A stretch of 63,948 bases of DNA, counting the filler, from Octopus bimaculoides (Eukaryota): NCBI RefSeq assembly GCF_001194135.2. It is 8 parts of 7 records of this genome, joined end to end, with 100 filler letters (N's around TTAATTAATTAA, not from the genome) between each part and the next. Parts side by side here need not be neighbours in the genome. Positions count along the whole stretch, not along the records: positions 43,884 to 51,635 come from NC_069009.1; positions 51,736 to 56,859 come from NC_069007.1; positions 56,960 to 60,169 come from NC_068987.1; 5 more parts are not named here. One strand, given 5' to 3'. This document shows, piece by piece, positions 45,481 to 59,306 of the stretch (positions are counted from its first letter, which is position 1; the number at the start of each line of letters is the position of its first letter). A program made the translations under genes and the position numbers. The notes under the pieces were generated by a model. The model searched no databases. It worked only from the letters and a program-made list of their open reading frames with translations, and was not told the DNA's origin.

Positions 45481-48400
45481 NNNNNNNNNNNNNNNNNNNN
45501 NNNNNNNNNNNNNNNNNNNNNNNNNNNNNNNNNNNNNNNNNNNNNNNNNNNNNNNNNNNNNNNNNNNNNNNNNNNNNNNNNNNNNNNNNNNNNNNNNNNN
45601 NNNNNNNNNNNNNNNNNNNNNNNNNNNNNNNNNNNNNNNNNNNNNNNNNNNNNNNNNNNNNNNNNNNNNNNNNNNNNNNNNNNNNNNNNNNNNNNNNNNN
45701 NNNNNNNNNNNNNNNNNNNNNNNNNNNNNNNNNNNNNNNNNNNNNNNNNNNNNNNNNNNNNNNNNNNNNNNNNNNNNNNNNNNNNNNNNNNNNNNNNNNN
45801 NNNNNNNNNNNNNNNNNNNNNNNNNNNNNNNNNNNNNNNNNNNNNNNNNNNNNNNNNNNNNNNNNNNNNNNNNNNNNNNNNNNNNNNNNNNNNNNNNNNN
45901 NNNNNNNNNNNNNNNNNNNNNNNNNNNNNNNNNNNNNNNNNNNNNNNNNNNNNNNNNNNNNNNNNNNNNNNNNNNNNNNNNNNNNNNNNNNNNNNNNNNN
46001 NNNNNNNNNNNNNNNNNNNNNNNNNNNNNNNNNNNNNNNNNNNNNNNNNNNNNNNNNNNNNNNNNNNNNNNNNNNNNNNNNNNNNNNNNNNNNNNNNNNN
46101 NNNNNNNNNNNNNNNNNNNNNNNNNNNNNNNNNNNNNNNNNNNNNNNNNNNNNNNNNNNNNNNNNNNNNNNNNNNNNNNNNNNNNNNNNNNNNNNNNNNN
46201 NNNNNNNNNNNNNNNNNNNNNNNNNNNNNNNNNNNNNNNNNNNNNNNNNNNNNNNNNNNNNGTATCTCTTCTAGAATTATTAAAACGAATTCCTGACCCA
46301 TTAAACTGTATATTTTTTGCCCAAAGCCGCTGGGTACATTTATCAATCCTTTCGCTGGCAGCCATTTTGTGTCTCATTCGTATCAGACTCATTTCCTAAA
46401 ACTTCTCTTCTAGAACCTCAGTCTTCTGACACCCCTTCTTTAATCCCCTTTTTCCCAAAACCCACCTCTTGACACAAGTTGGAGTTGCATAGCAACTGCT
46501 TCGTCTTTTAAGGCTAAAAACACTACATTCTTTATTTTTAAAATATACATGATTCCAAATGATAGAACAAGTGGGGAATATCATGTTTTCTATTACAATC
46601 TGGTTTTATTTCCACTCATTACTTTTCTCTCATTGGTCCATATAGTTCGACATACACTCTAAGTAGGAAATATGACAGGATTGTCATGGTTGGAATGCCT
46701 TTGATTCAGAGATCCCATGATCACAGCTGAACTGAAGCTAACCTCACAAGATCTGATTTACCCAAATTAAATGTCATTTCTACCTTCTATATCATGAATA
46801 CCAAACCGGGCATGAAACATTCACTAATATCAGAGACGAAATGATAACCTCATCGATTTAATTAAACAGAATTGATTGTTAATACAATTCGTAAAAGTGT
46901 TATTTATAATGATTTTTATTAAATTTAACAATTGCTAATATATTAGTTTCAGTCACCCGTATTTTAGAATCGAGAATTCTTACCAGGTTACGATTGAAGC
47001 CAAAAGAGAAATCGGAAATAATGAAAAGTATGATATTTTCCTGAATGTCCCATCCAGTTGTAAGTAAAACATATCGTCTTGCTTTGAATACAAATGATTG
47101 TGTGTGTGTGTGTGTGTGTNNNNNNNNNNNNNNNNNNNNNNNNNNNNNNNNNNNNNNNNNNNNNNNNNNNNNNNNNNNNNNNNNNNNNNNNNNNNNNNNN
47201 NNNNNNNNNNNNNNNNNNNNNNNNNNNNNNNNNNNNNNNNNNNNNNNNNNNNNNNNNNNNNNNNNNNNNNNNNNNNNNNNNNNNNNNNNNNNNNNNNNNN
47301 NNNNNNNNNNNNNNNNNNNNNNNNNNNNNNNNNNNNNNNNNNNNNNNNNNNNNNNNNNNNNNNNNNNNNNNNNNNNNNNNNNNNNNNNNNNNNNNNNNNN
47401 NNNNNNNNNNNNNNNNNNNNNNNNNNNNNNNNNNNNNNNNNNNNNNNNNNNNNNNNNNNNNNNNNNNNNNNNNNNNNNNNNNNNNNNNNNNNNNNNNNNN
47501 NNNNNNNNNNNNNNNNNNNNNNNNNNNNNNNNNNNNNNNNNNNNNNNNNNNNNNNNNNNNNNNNNNNNNNNNNNNNNNNNNNNNNNNNNNNNNNNNNNNN
47601 NNNNNNNNNNNNNNNNNNNNNNNNNNNNNNNNNNNNNNNNNNNNNNNNNNNNNNNNNNNNNNNNNNNNNNNNNNNNNNNNNNNNNNNNNNNNNNNNNNNN
47701 NNNNNNNNNNNNNNNNNNNNNNNNNNNNNNNNNNNNNNNNNNNNNNNNNNNNNNNNNNNNNNNNNNNNNNNNNNNNNNNNNNNNNNNNNNNNNNNNNNNN
47801 NNNNNNNNNNNNNNNNNNNNNNNNNNNNNNNNNNNNNNNNNNNNNNNNNNNNNNNNNNNNNNNNNNNNNNNNNNNNNNNNNNNNNNNNNNNNNNNNNNNN
47901 NNNNNNNNNNNNNNNNNNNNNNNNNNNNNNNNNNNNNNNNNNNNNNNNNNNNNNNNNNNNNNNNNNNNNNNNNNNNNNNNNNNNNNNNNNNNNNNNNNNN
48001 NNNNNNNNNNNNNNNNNNNNNNNNNNNNNNNNNNNNNNNNNNNNNNNNNNNNNNNNNNNNNNNNNNNNNNNNCACCTGTTGTTATGTCCTGTTATTTGCA
48101 TTTGTATTTGAGCACCATTTCTCCGGGTTTTTTTTCCGTCCTTGCTTTCGTATACATTCGCTGCTTTCTTTCAAGGAATCTAATGCTCTAAGCTTAGTTT
48201 TTCCTTGGAGCCGGCCAGATTGGAGCAATCTCGAGTATAACCAGCCGAAATTGCAAAGATAATCTGGAACTTGACTGAGGAAAGAAAACTTCGAATGACC
48301 CACCCGTGATTTTTCTTGTCCCTCTTTTGTATCATCTGTCTGGATGTTTTGTTGTCCCATTTTTGTACTCGTTTTTATATACATATGGCGGTGTACGTAC

Positions 48401-48899
48401 ACTTTGGTCTCTTCATGCATGCGTGTATTTATGTATGTATGCATGCATGTATGTCTATGCATTCATGTATATATGTATGTATGATCGTCGAGAAATTTAG
48501 AGTTAACTTCATAAAATTTTAACAAATTTTTCTTTTCATTTTTTTTTTCAGTTCAGAACACCTACAAAGCCCTGATCATCTCAGTCCTTTTCAATTAGAA
48601 TATACATCATTAGAAAAACTGCGTATTCTTACATTCACACATACGTATATACGTACGTACGTACATACATTTATACATACATACATACATACATACATAC
48701 ATAAATAGATACATACATATATACATGCATACATACACACATACATACACACACACGTACATACATACATACATACATACATACATACGTACGTACGTAC
48801 ATACACACACACATGCATACATACATATATACATGCATGCATACATGCATACACGCACGCACAAATGCATACATCCATACATTCGCATCACACCACGCA

Positions 48900-49228
48900 C
48901 ACACTACAACTGACCAACTACTTTCTCCCTTTCTCCCTTCCCCATTTTCACACTACATACGTCAAGATCACCAGCATTCTACCTCCCACACACAGCCCCT
49001 CGTTCCCGATCACCGTTTGTTATCTCCCCCTTTCTTAGCTCTCCTGAAATAAGAATTTCTAACTTCCGGTCAATCATTGTTATGACTGGCCATTATTATG
49101 ATTGACCGTTGACTGAACACTATTCAATTTTTTTCTCCGTGTTTTTCTCCTTGTCTCCGTATTCTTTCTGTTGAAGAGCGTAGCTCGAAACGTCAAAGAC
49201 TTTCCGTATTCCCGAGCGTCATACTAAT
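48900..49228 (+). mobile_element. Probable Penelope-like element tail with hairpin and hammerhead
   Basis: 11-bp inverted repeat at 49067-49108 and hammerhead at 49163-49199; a related segment lies at ~56700-56840. Confidence 0.55.
49163..49199 (+). ncRNA. Minimal type I hammerhead ribozyme motif (one core substitution)
   Basis: TCTTT-CTGTTGA-A-GAGC(GTA)GCTC-GAAAC-GTC-AAAGA: perfect stems I and II, palindromic ACGU stem III and GUC triplet; core A6 is T. Confidence 0.65.
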
Positions 49229-50769
49229 NNNNNNNNNNNNNNNNNNNNNNNNNNNNNNNNNNNNNNNNNNNNNNNNNNNNNNNNNNNNNNNNNNNNNNNN
49301 NNNNNNNNNNNNNNNNNNNNNNNNNNNNNNNNNNNNNNNNNNNNNNNNNNNNNNNNNNNNNNNNNNNNNNNNNNNNNNNNNNNNNNNNNNNNNNNNNNNN
49401 NNNNNNNNNNNNNNNNNNNNNNNNNNNNNNNNNNNNNNNNNNNNNNNNNNNNNNNNNNNNNNNNNNNNNNNNNNNNNNNNNNNNNNNNNNNNNNNNNNNN
49501 NNNNNNNNNNNNNNNNNNNNNNNNNNNNNNNNNNNNNNNNNNNNNNNNNNNNNNNNNNNNNNNNNNNNNNNNNNNNNNNNNNNNNNNNNNNNNNNNNNNN
49601 NNNNNNNNNNNNNNNNNNNNNNNNNNNNNNNNNNNNNNNNNNNNNNNNNNNNNNNNNNNNNNNNNNNNNNNNNNNNNNNNNNNNNNNNNNNNNNNNNNNN
49701 NNNNNNNNNNNNNNNNNNNNNNNNNNNNNNNNNNNNNNNNNNNNNNNNNNNNNNNNNNNNNNNNNNNNNNNNNNNNNNNNNNNNNNNNNNNNNNNNNNNN
49801 NNNNNNNNNNNNNNNNNNNNNNNNNNNNNNNNNNNNNNNNNNNNNNNNNNNNNNNNNNNNNNNNNNNNNNNNNNNNNNNNNNNNNNNNNNNNNNNNNNGT
49901 AACCAGGTTATTCTTGTTATTATTGTTAAATAAAACATTTTTGTCAGAGAAAAAGACTCGTCTGTTATATTTCTAAAACATTTGCTTCTTCTCTATTTCG
50001 ACGACAACATATAAAATTATTGTCAGATGGCTGATCCCAGTGTAAGGAATCTTGTTTCGCAACTGACCCAATCAACGATTAAAAGAACTTCTACAACTTT
50101 TATGCAAAGTTTTTTTTTTTAAGATCTACGAACTCTACAACAATCCACCTTTCAAACAAGAGCTTCCCGACTGCCAATATCTCCTGCTTTGACTTGGAAA
50201 TATGCTGGTGTTCAGTTCCGTTTCAATGCTTTTCCCAGAGATCTTTTTACGGCAGTATACAATGAGTTACAAACGAAAGGCGCCTGATGACGTTCTTCGC
50301 TACACAAATATTGCTTTAGATCTCGAAATTCATCCTCGACAGAAACCATAAATTTGTCCAGAGTATTGTCTTCACCTCCGAAAAGCAGAACAACGCATCG
50401 ACAAAATGAGAACCTATTTTCTTTCATAGCCGAAGACTAAATATCGATCGCGATCATTGGGTACTTGTCTCTTTCAAGAGTATTCAAAACCTTTTATCAT
50501 TTAACATTTTGTTTTGGACAATGAAATGTCATGGACACTTACTTCCTTTTATTTGTAGTGGTTGGGCAGTTTTCCCTTCTGTTTGAATGGCTTCTGAAAA
50601 TAATTTCTTAGTTTTCAATATGTAGCTCTATTTTTAAGTTACCAACTCTGGAATTTGTATTGATTTTTTTCGGTTTGTTATTTATTCTTCTGGCCAATTT
50701 ACGTATACTTTTCTGCATACACATGTCATACGCAATCCGTAAAACATTTCAGCTGAGCAGCAACACGTG

Positions 50770-51280
50770 CAACATTGGTTGTCTGTAGTTTCTTCAACTT
50801 CAACCTCAAGGCGGCTATAAAAGCATATTCAAACTGCTCCAACTGGTTGGAATATCTCCCTCTCATTCTCATGGGTATTCGATCCACGGTTAAGGTGGGA
50901 GTTGGACATACTCCGGTTGAACTAGTTTATAGTACAGCTCTCACCTTACCTGAACAGATGATCGAACCTGTTTCACCCCAACACTTTCCTGACCCATCAA
51001 AATATGTGCACTGCTTACGGACATCTATGTCGCACTTGTCCCCTGCAGGCCCCAGACAACAGAACATCGCTTCACATGTCCCAAAGGACATCAATACTTG
51101 GATGCATGTGTTTCGTTAGCAATGATGGAATACCTTCTCAACTTCGGCCACCATATTCCGGGCCCTACAAAGTAATTAAAAAAGAACCGAAGTATTTCGT
51201 TCTCAATATTGGAGGAAAACGAAATACTGCGTCTGTTGATCGCTTAAGAAAAGCATTCGTCGGAGAGGACTTACTTTCAC
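50770..51280 (+). mobile_element. Gypsy/Ty3 LTR retrotransposon integrase C-terminal remnant
   Basis: LKAAIKAY..NWLEYLPLILMGIRSTVK..TPVELVYSTALTLP, then LRPPYSGPYKVIKKEPKYFVLNIGGKRNTASVDRLRKAF (GPY/F module). Confidence 0.85.
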
Positions 51281-51778
51281 TTCCCGAACTCTACAGCTTC
51301 AGCTTCAGCCATCGCAAATACCCTAGATTCTGCACAACCCCGGCACACCAAATCGGGAAGAACAGTTCGATGGCCCGCAAGGTTTGTTCAAGTCTTTCGA
51401 GTAAGTTCAATCTCTTCATTTACCCATCTTCTCAATTGAAATGTCTTCAATGCCCACATCAACATATAAAAACAATTTGTTTATTTTTCTTATGGTTATG
51501 AACAATTGCCACATACATAACCCAAAATAACTATGCATCACCCGCATACAAACCAAAAGAAAACAAAGAACATTTTGTATAGAAACAAAACAAGAACATT
51601 TTTCTATATCAATGAAAAACATCTTTATGAACATTNNNNNNNNNNNNNNNNNNNNNNNNNNNNNNNNNNNNNNNNNNNNTTAATTAATTAANNNNNNNNN
51701 NNNNNNNNNNNNNNNNNNNNNNNNNNNNNNNNNNNTATATATATGTACACATGTACATATGTATGTTAATATATATAA

Positions 51779-51834
<56 letters not shown>

Positions 51835-51907
51835 TTATGTTTGCATATGTATGTGTATATATATCTATACATGCATAAGTATGTATGTATGTATCTATAT
51901 ATCTATC

Positions 51908-51972
<65 letters not shown>

Positions 51973-52001
51973 NNNNNNNNNNNNNNNNNNNNNNNNNNNN
52001 N

Positions 52002-52044
<43 letters not shown>

Positions 52045-52329
52045 TTATCGCACATACTCGCACATATACACATTCACAATACGTAGTGATTTGTGCCTAT
52101 TTCGTAGGAACCACACTTAAAAGTGCATGTGCCTAGATTAATGTATATTTGCTATATTTGAAGTAAAGTAGATAAATAGCATTACATACATATTATACAA
52201 AGATATATTTCCAGCCTATTATTTGGTCAACTGTCCACATGATAGAAGAAAAGACAACTGATGTTTTCAATTGCATTCACTGCGCTTTCAGATTATAGTA
52301 GTATCTTTGACATCAATTACGATTGATCA

Positions 52330-52580
52330 ATCAAAGGGAGATGTATCGGGTTCTGGTTTGGATATTTACGGGGAAAGAACTGGAGCATGCGGTGGGTTGA
52401 TTAACTGGAGAGAAGACATGCCAGCATAGTCATAAACTTAGTTTCAAATTTAAGTGCTTTCGGATTTGAAACGAACTCTCGTCACTTTGAGTATAACGTG
52501 TTCAAATATTTTCCTAGGTGGGGTTCAGCAGACGGAAAATAAAATCAATGAGTGAAGATGTGGTACACAAGATATTTCGG
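52330..52580 (+). mobile_element. Possible piggyBac-like transposase remnant
   Basis: Frameshifted LDIYG..VINLVSNL..ENKI..CGT weakly recalls the piggyBac DDE_Tnp_1_7 segment. Confidence 0.25.
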
Positions 52581-53079
52581 AAAACCTGTAAATGTTATTT
52601 GTTAATCTAGATCTCTATGCCCTATATGTAAATGTGTGTATGTATGTGTATATANNNNNNNNNNNNNNNNNNNNNNNNNNNNNNNNNNNNNNNNNNNNNN
52701 NNNNNNNNNNNNNNNNNNNNNNNNNNNNNNNNNNNNNNNNNNNNNNNNNNNNNNNNNNNNNNNNNNNNNNNNNNNNNNNNNNNNNNNNNNNNNNNNNNNN
52801 NNNNNNNNNNNNNNNNNNNNNNNNNNNNNNNNNNNNNNNNNNNNNNNNNNNNNNNNNNNNNNNNNNNNNNNNNNNNNNNNNNNNNNNNNNNNNNNNNNNN
52901 NNNNNNNNNNNNNNNNNNNNNNNNNNNNNNNNNNNNNNNNNNNNNNNNNNNNNNNNNNNNNNNNNNNTATATATATATATATATGTAAGTATTTGTATAT
53001 AGTTTTGTGTCTGTGTTTGTTGCCCCACCGCCATTGCCTGAGAACCGAATTTGGTATGTTTACGTCCACGCCACTACGC

Positions 53080-53219
53080 AACTGGTAGTTAATTCATCAC
53101 CCCCTAAAAGATGAAAGGCGAAGTCGACCTCGGTGGAATTTGAATTCAAACCGTACAAACACGTAATACTGTAAAGCTTTTCTCCCGGCGTGCTAACGTT
53201 TCTGCCGGCTCACTGCCTT
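53080..53219 (-). mobile_element. SINE family B
   Basis: AAAAGATGAAAGGCGAAGTCGACCTCGGTGGAATTTGAA..CGGCGTGCTAACGTTTCTGCC. Confidence 0.75.
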
Positions 53220-53734
53220 AGTAGTAGATAAATATTATCTCTTGATACTGCATGCTGTTCTTCCATTACTATGATTAGAACTAGAAATTATTCGTACATA
53301 TAATTACTTCCAGTACAATAACATTGATTGATATATGCGCATATCACATACCGTACTCCCTATTCCATAATTCCAACTAGAAACCGCTCTGATAAGGCAT
53401 AAAGTACGCTACATACAATAATATTTATAAGCAATATATATCACACTGCACTTTCAATACCACACGTACAATGAGAATCTACTTAAATTGAATAAGGAAT
53501 TCCCGAGACAGTAAGTAACCTTACTATGCAATGTTCATATGATCCGTAGTGTATTTTCTGTTCTGTGATATTTCTTGATACTTCGTATCGTGACGGAAAA
53601 TTACTTTCAAAGACAATAAACGAAATCACAGCAGTAAGATAAAGCGCTATGCATACAAAAACACACATGCGCAGCTGCCTTCTCTTATGCAGACAAATTG
53701 AATAATGAATGTAGGCAGACTGGAAGTATAACTG

Positions 53735-53947
53735 TCTTCATCATCTTCATCATCATCATCATCATCATAATCTTCATCACTCACATCGTGGTCATCGTCG
53801 TCGTCACCATCATCAACATAGTTATCGTCACCGATACCGTATTCGTCATTATCCTCTCCAAACACCATCATGAACAACTTCATCACTATCATCGTTATCA
53901 TCATCATCATCATAATCATCACCGTCATCACCATCGTCATCATCATC

Positions 53948-54001
<54 letters not shown>

Positions 54002-54151
54002 GTCATCATCATCATCATCATCATTATCATTATCATCGTTAAAATCATCATCATCATTATCCTCATCGTCATCACCGTCGTCATCATCGTCATTGTTATC
54101 ACACTCATCACCACCACNNNNNNNNNNTCCTCCTCCTCCTCCTCCTCCTCC

Positions 54152-54186
<35 letters not shown>

Positions 54187-54400
54187 GTCATCCTCCTCCT
54201 CCTCATCATCATCATCATTATCATTATCATCGTTAAAATCATCATCATCAACATCATCCTCATTATCACCATTATCACTATAATCGTCGTCGTTGTCAAC
54301 ATCATCACCATCATCATCATCATCATCATCATCAACATCATCATCATCATCATCATCATCATTATGACCGTCAACTGCAGCAGTGGCAGCATGTTCTTCA
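53735..54400. repeat. Imperfect (ATC)n / (TCC)n trinucleotide tract
   Basis: Direct inspection; source of the poly-D/H/M/I/S ORFs. Confidence 0.95.
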
Positions 54401-54879
54401 TCATCATTCTTATTAATTGTATTAACGTGGCGAGATGGCAGAATCTTTAGCACACTGCTCAACATAAATTGATGTCTCTTTATCCTTCGAGTTGAAATGC
54501 AACCGAAGGCGACTTTGCCTTCCATTCTCTTTTGTTCGTTGAAATAAATACCAGCTATGTACTGGTGCGGATGTAAACGACTAGTCAAAATATCTGACCT
54601 TATACCTACAATAGAAATGATTATAGGCGCAGGTGTGGCTCTGGGGTAAGAAGCTTGCTGCCGGTATAGCGTTTTGTTTGGTTCGACTGCTGTCTTTGCG
54701 AATAACGCACGTGTTTTTTTGGTTGTCTTAGCGGTGCAACGTTTTCGCTCTCGTTTAATGGAGAGGCCTTGTGTGATGAGTTGTGAGGGTTTAATTTTAT
54801 TCTTCTTCAGAATTTGTGCTGACTGAGAAAGAAATGGTGAGATATTTGAAGAAGATTGACACAGTAATAGAAACGAGGA

Positions 54880-55560
54880 TTTAAGCTGCAACGGCAAAGA
54901 GAAGAAAAAAAGGAGGCATAAGTCTGGAAGAGCTGAGTAAGTTCAAGGAAATACTTAAAAGGGAGGAGAATGTTGTGAAAGTGTCCCCCCTCCAAAGAAG
55001 TGTTAACGGATAAGGAAAAGAGAACGATTGTATACAGGACGTACGCGATGGCAACAAGAAAAACAGAAGTGGTGCCGGAGGCACAAGTTGAAAAGGCGTT
55101 GAGGCCAGTCTCGTAAGAGATATTCTACCTTGCCAGGGGAAGAAAGTATGGAACGGTGGAAGTGCAGTTTCAGGAGATAGCTACCGCTAGACTGCACTCA
55201 GCTACACCATTGTGTGGTGCTTCTACTGTATACCTTGGGAGACGTGCTTCCAGGGTTAGGGTAGAAGACAATACCTCCGGTGTGAATGTTTCCTGGCTGG
55301 TAGCTGCCATACTGTTAGACAAGTAGAAAAAAAGGTGGTGGTCCTGCAGGCCATCAGAACACGCGACAGAAACTGGGAAGGGAAGAGCTCGGAGATGGTG
55401 GTGCAGATTAATCCAGAATTTATTGAAAGTATGGTGGGGACAATCACGGTCGCAGACGTGATGCTGAAAGTCAGAGTGGAAAGGAGTGTTCCGCGGTGCC
55501 ATAAATGTGACGTGAAAGGTCACCTTAGAGCGGATTGGCCTCAACTACCTGTGAAGGTTA
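54880..55560 (+). mobile_element. LINE ORF1 remnant with gag-like zinc knuckle (Tx1/L1-like)
   Basis: ..MLKVRVERSVPRCHKCDVKGHLRADWP (C-x2-C-x4-H-x4-C with the last C mutated); upstream part broken by stops. Confidence 0.6.
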
Positions 55561-56711
55561 GGGAAAGGTGGTGGTGGTGGTGGCGGGGTTGTGGTGGTGA
55601 ATACGACGTCGACAAAAACTAAGGCGGCGACGTCGACGACGATTTTGATAAATTACACCATTCAGTTTAACAGTCTATCCGTAGATCGATATATATATAT
55701 ATATATACCATAATCATTTCCAATATATCTAAAGACCTTTTACCGCCATGTTTTCNNNNNNNNNNNNNNNNNNNNNNNNNNNNNNNNNNNNNNNNNNNNN
55801 NNNNNNNNNNNNNNNNNNNNNNNNNNNNNNNNNNNNNNNNNNNNNNNNNNNNNNNNNNNNNNNNNNNNNNNNNNNNNNNNNNNNNNNNNNNNNNNNNNNN
55901 NNNNNNNNNNNNNNNNCCCTCCCCCTCTCCCCTCCACCTTTCCTCCCCCTCTCTCTCACTCTGCATATCAGCTTTTATTCTAAGTAGAGTCAGTCATTAT
56001 TTTACTTGTCTAGTCATCCTAATTCACTTAACTTACAGTTAGGAATATCAGAGATAAAAATTATAAGTGGAACAGCTCGAGTTTTGATATACATTTACCG
56101 TAGATTGCACAATTATTTCTGTTTTTAGTATTAATCTAATACATCTATAACATTAAGGCCTAACCTCGTCTTTCCTTTACTTGTCATACTACGACTAGTT
56201 CGTTAATTTCTGACAATTTGCGAGTTTGTGTATCGCCTAATTTTACTATCTGTCTTGCGTTATCTTAACTAATGCTATTGCAGGCATGTGTGTGTGTGTT
56301 TGTGGTTCAGAGACGTTTGCTTTGCTATCATGTGGTTCCAAGGTCGATACTGCTGCTCGGTGCATATCAATATCAAATACGTATTTTTTAGTTTGCTGAT
56401 TGTTTTTTTTTTTCCATCTATTATATTTTTCGGTCATTGGACTGCAGCCATGAAGGAGCACCGGATTGAACAATTTTGATCGAATATATCGGCAATACTA
56501 CTTATTTTTAAAGCCTGGTACGTACACACATTTTTGAGGGGCGTAAACAAACAGACACAGGCTGCCAAGTGGTGGTAAGGGAGAAGCACAGACACAAAGC
56601 GAAACGCAATTATTTAAATGTGTATAGATATATATATATGTATATATATGTGTCTGTTTGTCGCTAAATCCAGAAGTTGTTTTTATTCTCTCTCTGTATA
56701 TTTCCTCGTAT

Positions 56712-56750
56712 TCTTGTCTTTCGAAGAGCGTAGGCTCAAAACGTAAAAGA
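56712..56750 (+). ncRNA. Degenerate (probably dead) hammerhead, same family as 49163
   Basis: TCTTGTCTTTCGA-A-GAGC(GTAG)GCTC-AAAAC-GTA-AAAGA: stem II intact, core mutated. Confidence 0.4.
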
Positions 56751-56959
56751 CTTTCACACATTCCAAAGAGTCAAACCAGTACACCTGTTTGTTGTTTATG
56801 CACCTGTCTTCGTCATTCGTTTTTCTGTAAATTTCAACTATATACGTAGATGTTTTGTGNNNNNNNNNNNNNNNNNNNNNNNNNNNNNNNNNNNNNNNNN
56901 NNNTTAATTAATTAANNNNNNNNNNNNNNNNNNNNNNNNNNNNNNNNNNNNNNNNNNNN

Positions 56960-56995
<36 letters not shown>

Positions 56996-57109
56996 AATCC
57001 AAATAAACGAAGAGCAAGCACAAAAGAAAACAAAAAAACAGCGCGAGGACGTTGCATGACTTTAAAAGGTAGAAGTCAGACAGCTGCAACCAACAGTGCC
57101 CTTTCAAAG

Positions 57110-57600
57110 AAGAGATCAATTCTAAGCAGAGTACCCAAAAGAAATGTACTTCGAACATAACTGTTTGCGGTAGGTCTTTCTGTCATGCCTTCAGTAATAC
57201 AGTCAAACCCTCACCTATCATGCTGACGATATAAAAGTACCACCAACGGTCAAGGATCCTATTAATAACACAAATCTACAGAAAAACCTGAACGCAATAT
57301 ATAAGTGGGCTAGTCTTCTGTAACAACACCTACAAAGTCTTTAATTATTCCAATATCAAAGAAAATGGAACTATAGAAGAATTATATTATCGACTCTAGC
57401 CTCAGAAATCTACATCCCTGCGCTTATTGAGAGAAATATTGCATCCTACGATGAAATCAAAACGGCTTCCGCAAATGCAGGTGAACACCACAACAGATCG
57501 TTTTTCTCAGAAGGCTCATAGATGAGCTTAGAATCTCCAAGCAAAAGACATCAATTGTAATTTGGAATTTGATAGTATCAGCAGAAAGGCCACCATACAT
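57110..57600 (+). mobile_element. CR1/L2/Jockey-group LINE RT remnant
   Basis: SILSRVPKRNVL..LFAVGLSVMPSVIQ..ADDIKV..NLQKNLNAIYKWA corresponds to SGVPQG.VLGP.LF..YADD.K..LQ..L..IY.WA. Confidence 0.65.
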
Positions 57601-57637
57601 ATTCTGACGGTTGTCAAAAGCTACTGTTATTCTTTAT

Positions 57638-57834
57638 CTTTTACTTGTTTGTCATTGGACTGCGGCCATGCTGTAGCACTATTTTCAAGGCTTTAATCGA
57701 ATAAATCCACCACTAAACATTTGATTAAAACTGGTACTTATTATATCAACTTTTTGTGCCAAACTGCTAAGGTATGGGAACGTATACAAACCAAAACCAG
57801 TTGTTAAGTGATAGTGGAGGACAAACACACACAC
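57638..57834 (-). mobile_element. SINE family A 3' half
   Basis: CTTTTACTTGTTTGTCATTGGACTGCGGCCATGCTG..CCAGTTGTTAAGTG..ACAAACACAC. Confidence 0.75.
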
Positions 57835-57869
57835 AATTATATATACAGTATATATAACTTTGATAGGTT

Positions 57870-58235
57870 TTGGCCAGTATAAGCCTAGGCCATGTCTAAC
57901 TTAATAGCACCACCTGGTGAAGTCTTTTAGTCATATATGGAGCACCATAGCCCACTCTAGCTAAGAGTTATTGTCGGAGACATATCCTTGAGTAGGGGGT
58001 TGGTCCGAGATTTTTTGAAGAAATTTGTCAAGTGAATTTTTGAATTTTATGGGATCCGTTTCTGTTTTGACAAAGCTGGACCGGTTGAGGTAAAGTAGTT
58101 GAGTCGTAATGTTGTTATGTATCATGAGTTCGATTTTTGTCGTGGGCGGATAGCACGAGGGTCAAGTCTTGGATGGATTTTAAAACTGATACCAACAACA
58201 TTTGTGCAATATTGATGGGATATTTTCCACATCAC
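57870..58235 (-). mobile_element. Decayed Penelope-like RT fragment
   Basis: Minus strand HPRLDPRAI..NYFTSTG..KQKRIP resembles the NYF.FN..Y.Q..G.PMG region. Confidence 0.35.
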
Positions 58236-58522
58236 ACACAAATATGTGTGTGTGTGTATGTGTTAGGTTTGGTCCACCACTGCTTGATAACCGGTGTTTA
58301 TGTGTTTACGTCTCCGCTAATTTAACGTATTTCGGCCAAAGAGATCGATAGAATAAGTATCAGGCTTAACAGAAAAATAGGTATCGGGCTCGATCCATTG
58401 GACATAAAAAAAATAAATGGATGTTGATAAAGTTTGTTCTTAATCTAATTTTAGTACAATCGAAATTTGTCGTATCGACTACCCTGAATATACTGCTCGG
58501 CCGTTTACTTCTTACTACTGTG

Positions 58523-58606
<84 letters not shown>

Positions 58607-58868
58607 GTGTGTTTGATTGTTTGTGTATGTGTGTGTGTTTCTATCCCTTATTTCCTGTCGCTGACCTCTAATCCCCGTGGTCATCATTTAGTTCTTTTGC
58701 TTATTGAAACATTATCCTGCTCCACTCACCACTAAACATGCTATTGTTTTCTGAGACCCTGGACCAGATGTTAGACTCATCAACAATTAAATCTCTTCTC
58801 CTGTTACTTTCAAGCAATCTCCACCCCTTGACCACGCACGCGCACACACACACACACACAGACAAACA

Positions 58869-58930
<62 letters not shown>

Positions 58931-59306
58931 CAAACGCCCATGCACACAAACAAGCACTATACACATATATCTATGTACAATATGTATGTGTGTATACACA
59001 CATATACATACACACGCACGTACACATACTCTCTCTCTCTCTCACCCTCTCTTTTTTCTCTCTCTCACACACAGATATACACACACACATGCCGATACAC
59101 ACACACACCACATATAAATTGCTGATTGATACCAAACAATCATCATTTGAACTGAAGCCTTAAACATCATTTAGTTTACCTAATTCCTTAGCGCCAATAT
59201 TTTTGGACACCAGTTATATATATATATATATATATAAATATACATTTAAAGAGACGGACAGACGAAAGTCAACAAACCAAGCGTAAGTACCCGTTAATCT
59301 TCTATC

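Noticed and set aside
50020-50460. 71-aa ORF 50212-50427 in CpG-rich sequence
   Set aside because: No recognisable domain or splice signals; probably decayed TE.
53647-54897. 416-aa poly-Asp/Glu/Met ORF and overlapping poly-His/Ile/Ser ORFs
   Set aside because: Translations of an (ATC)n/(TCC)n tract that is open in most frames; the flanks are SINE and LINE pieces.
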